Positions 57,455 through 64,000 of a stretch of DNA of 64,000 nt are shown here, piece after piece. The notes under the pieces are model-generated. The model saw only the letters and a list, made by a program, of their open reading frames with translations. It had not been told where the DNA came from and ran no database searches. Position 1 is the first letter of the stretch, and every line of letters begins with the position of its first letter. Location: NCBI GenBank assembly GCA_012295275.1, contig CM022665.1:4340001-4404000 (forward strand), in the 5' to 3' direction. Source of the stretch: Chrysomallon squamiferum. Taxonomy: Eukaryota; Animalia; Mollusca. Made by a program: the position numbers and the translations under genes.

Positions 57455-57583
57455 TCATATCCATGCCGCCACAGCCGCTTTCATCGCAGCCGTCGCCGCA
57501 ACCACAGTCTTCGTATCCGTCGCATCGGTACGCCATGGCAATACACTCTTTGTTAGAACACTTGTACTGGTGAGACTTGCAGT
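57455..57583 (-). CDS. CUB-LDLa-TM protein, LDL-receptor class A module exon
   Basis: cattcag|ACTGCAAG...GATATGA|gtacgt; 129 nt, phase 1/1, as is typical for LDLa exons. Translates DCKSHQYKCSNKECIAMAYRCDGYEDCGCGDGCDESGCGGMDM. Confidence 0.93.
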   Translation of the reverse strand, partial: TASLTSTSVLTKSVLPWRTDATDTKTVVAATAAMKAAVAAWI

Positions 57584-59152
57584 CTGAATGGTTAAAACAA
57601 ACACATTTCAGTCACAGCAGTTTTATAGACAATTACAAAGAAACATTTAATAAGAACAAATTAAAATTGAATTTAAAAAAATAAAAAAATAAAAAAAATG
57701 TTTTTTTTAGAATTTCTCTGATAAGTAAATAACAACAACAACCTCCTCCCTAAACAAACAAACAACAAGAAAAAAACAACCAAATATAAATAAATATATA
57801 TATATATATATATATAACAGACACTATATAGATATATTAGGTATGTTACAATAAACATTAACGTGACATGATAAGGTATGAAATCAGAAGAAACTAATAA
57901 CTGTTATAATTTTGGATTCACGACGGATCGCTGAATACAAAACTGAGTGATGTATCAGCCTACTTGTAAAATATGATTGTGATCTCAGTTAAAATTAACT
58001 TTCAGTTTGCTGTCAGTCTGCTAAATACAGCTTTGCTCTCTTCAAATACGTGCTGAGCCAAACAATAAAAGCAAAATATTGTCGTCACTCATCACAGAAC
58101 CAATTACACCACTCATAAAAATCCTAACTATATTTTGCTATTTAAGCTAGCAATATATTTAACATTCATGAACGATGTTTTAACGCACTAATTCAAAATA
58201 TTATCGTGTAATCTTGAGAATTAAGGATCACTGAAAGGGAAATAACTGTAACTTATGTAACAACAGTTGCCAACATTTTGCACTGATAACAGTATTCCTA
58301 AAGTTTTGAGATTTGTTCCATTCAAAATATCATCATTGGAAACGTTAAAAAGCATAGCAAAGGAAGTAATCATAATATAATTTAAAATTAAAGCTGGCAG
58401 CCTTTCCAAGCTTTTAACATGTTGGAAAATATTTTGGTCTGTACAGGAAAATATTTTGATACGAAGTGTAATATCTTCTTCCTTTATGACTCTTTTTTTT
58501 TTTCTTTTTTTACCGAAAAAGAAAGGTCTTGTTGTCTTGAAAACGATACCCTAAAATGTTTTAACTTTTTCTTGACAAAGTGATAAATTGGCAGTTAAAT
58601 AAATAAAATGAAACGAGTAAATAAAAAATAAAAAATTATCTTCAAGATTATGCATGTTTGATAAATTTGCGAAAAAGTTAAAAAAAAAAAACTGAAACTG
58701 GTTTAGAAGTATGTACACAGTTACAGAAAATGTACAAACCTGCAATTGGCGAAGAAACATTGTTTATGTAATCACCTGAAATTAAAGAAAATAAACTTAA
58801 AAGAAACGAAAAAAAAAAAAACAACATATGTTGACATCTTTGATAACGAGTTTGTAACGACATGCATTTTTAATGTGCATATTATAGAGAAAATGTCCAC
58901 ACATGTTCTTACGTAATGTTTACATAAATAAATGATTATTAATACATGTAAATTATTAAGCTATTTTTTTTTTTTTAATCTTTTAACATATAGTTTTAAG
59001 TACATTTTCCTTGTTTCATTGTTGTTTTTTTAAAAATTTTAAAATTTTATTTTTAAAGACACTTGTTTTTGCACAAAAATTATGCATTACATAAATACGT
59101 AATATTTGATTTGTTTATCTCTGGGAAACTGCTGTCATTTCTGATCACGTAC

Positions 59153-59330
59153 CAGCATAGACGGCGCTGTAAACAGCATTTAGTCCACTTGTCGCAATGG
59201 CGCCGTCACTGGCGAAGAAGATCCACATGTACCTAGCCGTCGACGTCACAGGAAACGACGTCAGGTTATATAACGTGTTGTTATCACAGGTATCCAACAA
59301 GAGGTTCGCTTTGGAGCTGCCATCGCGTAA
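59153..59330 (-). CDS. CUB-LDLa-TM protein, CUB domain C-terminal half
   Basis: ggattcag|TTACGCGAT...TATGCTG|gtacgt; 178 nt, phase 0/1. Translates LRDGSSKANLLLDTCDNNTLYNLTSFPVTSTARYMWIFFASDGAIATSGLNAVYSAVYA, with the CUB motifs DG, the fourth Cys, S....M.I.F.SD and G..A.Y. Confidence 0.93.
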
Positions 59331-59926
59331 CTGAATCCAGTATTAAAAAAAAGTGTAAAGATTAAAAACAGTTGTAACAGAGCTCTTCTGTTAGTGGGCA
59401 AAACTTATTTTATTTTATTTTATTTATTTTATTTTTTTTTTATTCCATAACGAATCCAGGATCGAGATGTAATAGTCAAAGTCGAAAAAAAAAAAAGCAT
59501 GACTATCATACATTTAGGTAAAAAATAAAAAAATCGTAATCATTTACTTTATGCTGATATAACGAAAACGAAAGTATACTGATAACGAAAATATGCCTTT
59601 TTTTTTTAGCTGTGACAGGCAAACATACTTTTTGAGCATAATTTTAATATCTTTATTTATTTATTTATTTATTTATTATTATTATTATTATTACTTTTAT
59701 TATTATTATTATTTTAAATCGTATTAATTTGCAGGATTTGAGTTTGAGAGGTATGTTTTAAGAGTGGTTAAATAATAGTATATTAAATATAACCTGCTAT
59801 AGCATCGTTGCAAAAACCTTCAGTTCTAGAAAAAAATTTCTTAAAGAACAAATCTGGATACGCCAGCATTTTATAGACAGCTTGGATCAAATACGTCATC
59901 TAAATTAGTTCCAGCTTTATAAAAAC

Positions 59927-59973
<47 letters not shown>

Positions 59974-60115
59974 TCATCATCATCGATATCGTCATCATCA
60001 TCAAGATGATTTTGGTGGTGATGATGCTGATGATGATAACGATAATAGTTATAATCATTAAACTTAAAAAGCGACTGGTATGTTTTAGAATCAGTAGTGA
60101 TTCATTCATTATCAC

Positions 60116-60306
60116 CTGAATATAGTCACCACAGGCTGAATCACTGAACTGTCCCTCGAAGTCTATTTCCAGCCGAACTCTGTAACTCTTGGCGGCCACT
60201 ATGAGCCAGATACAGCGGGTGTAGTTGGGGTATGCTGAGGGGTAGTTCGGACTGTTGATGGTGCCGTGTGCGGTATTACCATCTATAGAAATATAGCCAC
60301 CACAAT
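60116..60306 (-). CDS. CUB-LDLa-TM protein, CUB domain N-terminal half
   Basis: tttttgcag|ATTGTGGT...ATTCAG|gtgata; 191 nt, phase 1/0. Translates DCGGYISIDGNTAHGTINSPNYPSAYPNYTRCIWLIVAAKSYRVRLEIDFEGQFSDSACGDYIQ, with the CUB hallmarks CGG, G.I.SPNYP..YP, C.W.I and C..DY. Confidence 0.95.
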
Positions 60307-60899
60307 CTGCAAAAAAAAAAAAATAATAATAATAATAATTAAAAAAAAAAAAAAAATAATAATAATAAATAAAAAATGCAGCACTAATTTAAAGAGCAGA
60401 AGACAGCATGCAGTCTTCGCAATGTTGGTTAACTTCTTATTAAAATTTTCAAAACGACCCGTAATAGAAACTAGTTTACATATTCTACGTTCTCAAGTCA
60501 CAGGATCCATTATCAAATTCAGTAAGATATGGAGTGTGTTTTAGTTTTTCATAGCCGATGTGTTACAAATATCGTTTCTGAGAAATATATATATTTTTTA
60601 TGCTGGAGCTAAAATAATAGACCTTTTGTTAACGGATAAAAGAAAGTATAGGAAAACCTAAAGCAGGGTCAAATGTATTAAATTTAATATTAACGTAATG
60701 TTAAAATATTTATTGTTTTCATTTGAATACGAGATACAGTTTCGTTCAAGAGAGAAATTATACTGAGTTATTTCATCTACTGTGTTTAGAAAAACAAAAC
60801 AGACAATAGAAATGCACAAAGAAGTAATGGTTATTAAATTTGTTTCCACTAATTTTAAAAGTATGTTTAAAGAAACATATTCCATCTGTTTTTCTTTGC

Positions 60900-60942
<43 letters not shown>

Positions 60943-61913
60943 TGTTATAGTTTTTGCTTTAAAATCGATTATCTTTTGAAAAAAAAAAAAAAAAATATAT
61001 ATATATACATAATTATATTATTTCATGGAATGTTCACCTACTAAAATAATAAATACATTTAGTGGTATAGATTTTAAAGATTTCTTCTTCACAAACAAGC
61101 ATTGATAAGCGACTCTGACAAAAGACGTTTTCAAGAGGAGGTGTTGTGCCTGATAGCCATGACAGTGCAACAAACATTTAACCTACACACGTTATTCTAA
61201 TTCACCAGAATAATAATAAGAAATAAATGTATTCTTTTATGCAGATATTCTACTTCTGTACATCGCAAATATGTCATTCATTATTCACCACTCTTCAAGA
61301 CATTTCCATATCATTAATTTATAACAAAACCAGTTCAACGAGGCTAGGGCGATGTTTTCAAAAAGCACATTTCAAGCCTGGTGAAAAGCTATTGTCTACG
61401 TTTTTACGTTACTGGGTTAATATTTGATCGAAGACAATGTTGAAAACATGCCTCGGCACGCACGACAACGGCATTCTGCATTGAATTATCCGACAAGTCG
61501 CTTTGAAAGAGAGCGGTGTCATACATAACAAAGAACTCGGTGTTCACGAAGAAATATCATGTTAATGTCATATATAATACTTTTGGACCAAATGACCTGC
61601 TGGGGTATATTAAAGCATATTTTACTGCTGCCACATTTATTAGTAGTTCTGTGTACGTTATTCTTGTTTCGGAGGTCTCAGATGTTACTGAATTTTGATC
61701 TGATCTTTACAGAAAAAAAAACATACAAAATTTACAAAATTACACATACCTAAGTAAATACAATGTTTACATAAAAAGTGATGATAGATTTGTATTTATT
61801 TATTATTTTTTATTTAACACAAACGATTTCAACAGTATGTTAAATTCTCATCAGTATCAGAACAGAAATTTTCGACGAGACAAGCATAAACTCCATCCGC
61901 TTATTGCGAATGT

Positions 61914-62420
61914 GGACAAAACCCCAACCAATTTTAGCAAGATTTATAGCTGACGAGACTTTATTTTGTGTATACATACAGAAATTATGCTTTTATACAT
62001 ATACAATACATTTTTAAACAGCTAAAGATATTATCAGTTTGTGTCTATTTGAGAAAAGTTTACATTTCAATAAGTCTCATATGTACTGCTTGGATATTAA
62101 GTCTAAACGTGTGGGTTCATCCCCTTGATCAACACAGATCAGAGGTGAGAGATGGTGGTGACGCAAAGAGGAGTATAAAGGCGAGTTGCATTGCTGGACA
62201 CAAATGAAAGCAGTCAATACCTTCTTGCAGAAAATGTTATAGTTCACTTTATGGTAGGGGTTGCCATGCAGCTCTGTTTCAGAGGCTTGTTATAAGTCAT
62301 ATATAAAATGATTAAAAATCAACGTTCCGTTTTTGCCGGCAATTAAAAATAAATGGTTGGGATTTTATCCGTTGGGGTTGTGTGTACAGCGGTTTTGTCC
62401 GTTTTGGTTTTGGTCCTCGC
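61914..62420. mobile_element. MITE or non-autonomous TIR element relic in an intron of the CUB gene
   Basis: GGACAAAACCCCAACCA (61914-61930) is inverted to TGGTTGGGATTTTATCC (62354-62370) at 15/17. Tandem ggttttgtcc/ggttttggtcc subrepeats occur at the right end. Outer boundaries and TSD are not resolved. Confidence 0.45.
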
Positions 62421-63427
62421 ATCTGGTTTGCACACATTTAGTTAGTTTAGTCTCGTAGAATATAAAACAGAGTCATAAAAAATACAAGTAACACGAGAAA
62501 TGATATGTCACGACAACATGTATCGACAATTTTATTCAGCAAGTTTACGGAGGTCGTCGTTGTTCGCACAATCGCTAATTCTCTCACGTAAAAAAACAAA
62601 AATACTAGTTACAGCGCAACTCTTTGTTCACAACGTCATGTCGACATCAGACACTTTGAACCGTTATTAACATACAGCATGAACTTTTCTTTCTTTTTTT
62701 CACTGCTAAATATTACATGCCATTAACCAGCCGCTGTTCCTTGCCCGAAGTCGTCGACACCACTCCAGACGTAATCACTGACGTCTGGCTAAAGTTGGTG
62801 CTCGGTCAAGACGTTCTCGCGTCGGACTCGATGGAGGTGATTTCTTGACAGTCGCGGGTCTCGCTTGTATTTTGTAAGTTGTTAAATTTGAGCAGCTTTG
62901 AGCTGATCACTGCGTGGTGTCAAAGCGACCAAACGTCTGTCCCAGTGTCGAGTTGTTCTTTGTTTAACGTCTACGGCAGTCGCGACCAGCTTTCTGGAAG
63001 TGTTTTTCTAAGTGTGTAATTGCTATTTATTCTCGAAGTCTTTCACCTCAAGGCATCTCTGTGTTAAGTAATATGTCGTCTTCTCTAAATCGACACATTT
63101 GTTTTGTTAGGGGTTTTTTTTTTTTTTTCCCGATAATTAACGGACAGATAATTTCAAAGTTCCGATGTGCTCGTGAAATAAGACAAATAAGTATTCTGTT
63201 ATAGAATAATTTTAATTACAATATTACCTGTATTGTTAGCAACAACCACATTCACCGACTCACCAACACGCACACACACACACACACACACACGCACATT
63301 ACTGTCATTGAAAACATTTTTGTACATATATACGCTAATGTTACAAATATATTAATTTACAATTAAAATACAACGTAATTGAAATAGAACATACATCTAA
63401 GTAATTTGAAAGTAAATTTAATCTTAC

Positions 63428-63469
63428 CGATACAAAAGGCACTTGTTACGCAGCACAAGAGAGCGATAC
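63428..63469 (-). CDS. CUB-LDLa-TM protein, 42-nt exon encoding the C-terminal part of the signal peptide (xGT-IALLCCVTSAFCI-)
   Basis: Minus strand reads ...tctctcttcttcag|GTATCGCTC...TGTATCG|gtaaga, with a polypyrimidine acceptor and a strong donor. The exon is phase 1/1 and hydrophobic. Its final G joins the AT of the next exon to give Asp before CGG. No upstream ATG exon was found within the window. Confidence 0.75.
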
Positions 63470-63770
63470 CTGAAGAAGAGAGAGAGAGAAAAAATGACAG
63501 TCTTATAATTATGACAGTATGGATAATAACATTAACATCAACATTAATTATAATAATGATAATAATACAAAGTGTATATAAACACACACGCCAACACCCA
63601 CTCACGCACAAATAAAAAAGCTACTTATTAATTTTAGAGTGGGAAATAATAAATAGAAATCTGAAGTATTAGTTTCGACATTTTCATTTTACTGAGGAAA
63701 TGAGAAAAACTCCTTTCACTGAGGTCTGTTTATCTTGATTTTCTTTCTCGCATTATATTTTGTTTTTATA

Positions 63771-63805
<35 letters not shown>

Positions 63806-64000
63806 TGTCGTACATTTTCTGTTAATTATACGTTATGACAGTGAAGGATAAAGCTTGTTATAGTAAAATATCGCAAAAAAAAAAAACTGATGTAGCTAAA
63901 ATAATAGCTTCTCAAAAAAAAAAAAAACCCCAAAAAAATTATATAAAAAAATTAAAATTAAAAAATAATAAAAAGCAAAACTAATAAAAATAAAAATAAA

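Noticed and set aside
62120-62191. MQLAFILLFASPP... as the signal-peptide exon
   Set aside because: It ends in a stop with no good donor and lies within a MITE-like relic; the 63428-63469 exon fits better.
63601-63690. GTGAGT donor and upstream ATG as the first coding exon of the CUB gene
   Set aside because: The ATG frame stops before the donor, and the required phase-1 frame has TAA a few codons upstream, so the start exon is probably outside the window.

Overview
This is very AT-rich (roughly 30% GC by eye), microsatellite- and poly(A)-rich animal genomic DNA with spliceosomal introns. The SINE relics suggest a gastropod mollusc (inference from recalled repeat consensus, not checked). One protein-coding gene is well supported, on the minus strand: five in-phase GT-AG exons (63469-63428, 60306-60116, 59330-59153, 57583-57455, 56261-56104). 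They encode a signal-peptide end, one CUB domain, one atypical 8-Cys LDLa module, a transmembrane helix and a 25-aa tail; the start-codon exon appears to lie beyond the window. The remaining ~50 kb has no convincing host gene. It holds a TSD-flanked, internally deleted MULE with a 19-bp minisatellite born inside its transposase, a ~1.2-kb TIR element carrying a decayed OTU-like deubiquitinase fragment, a 35-bp minisatellite with a 70-bp higher-order repeat, SINE relics, other tandem repeats, orphan exon candidates and a phased CCAAT/GATA plus Rel-like motif cluster. Almost all entries in the ORF track are translations of simple repeats. No CRISPR array, rRNA, tRNA or recognisable conserved miRNA was found by eye.
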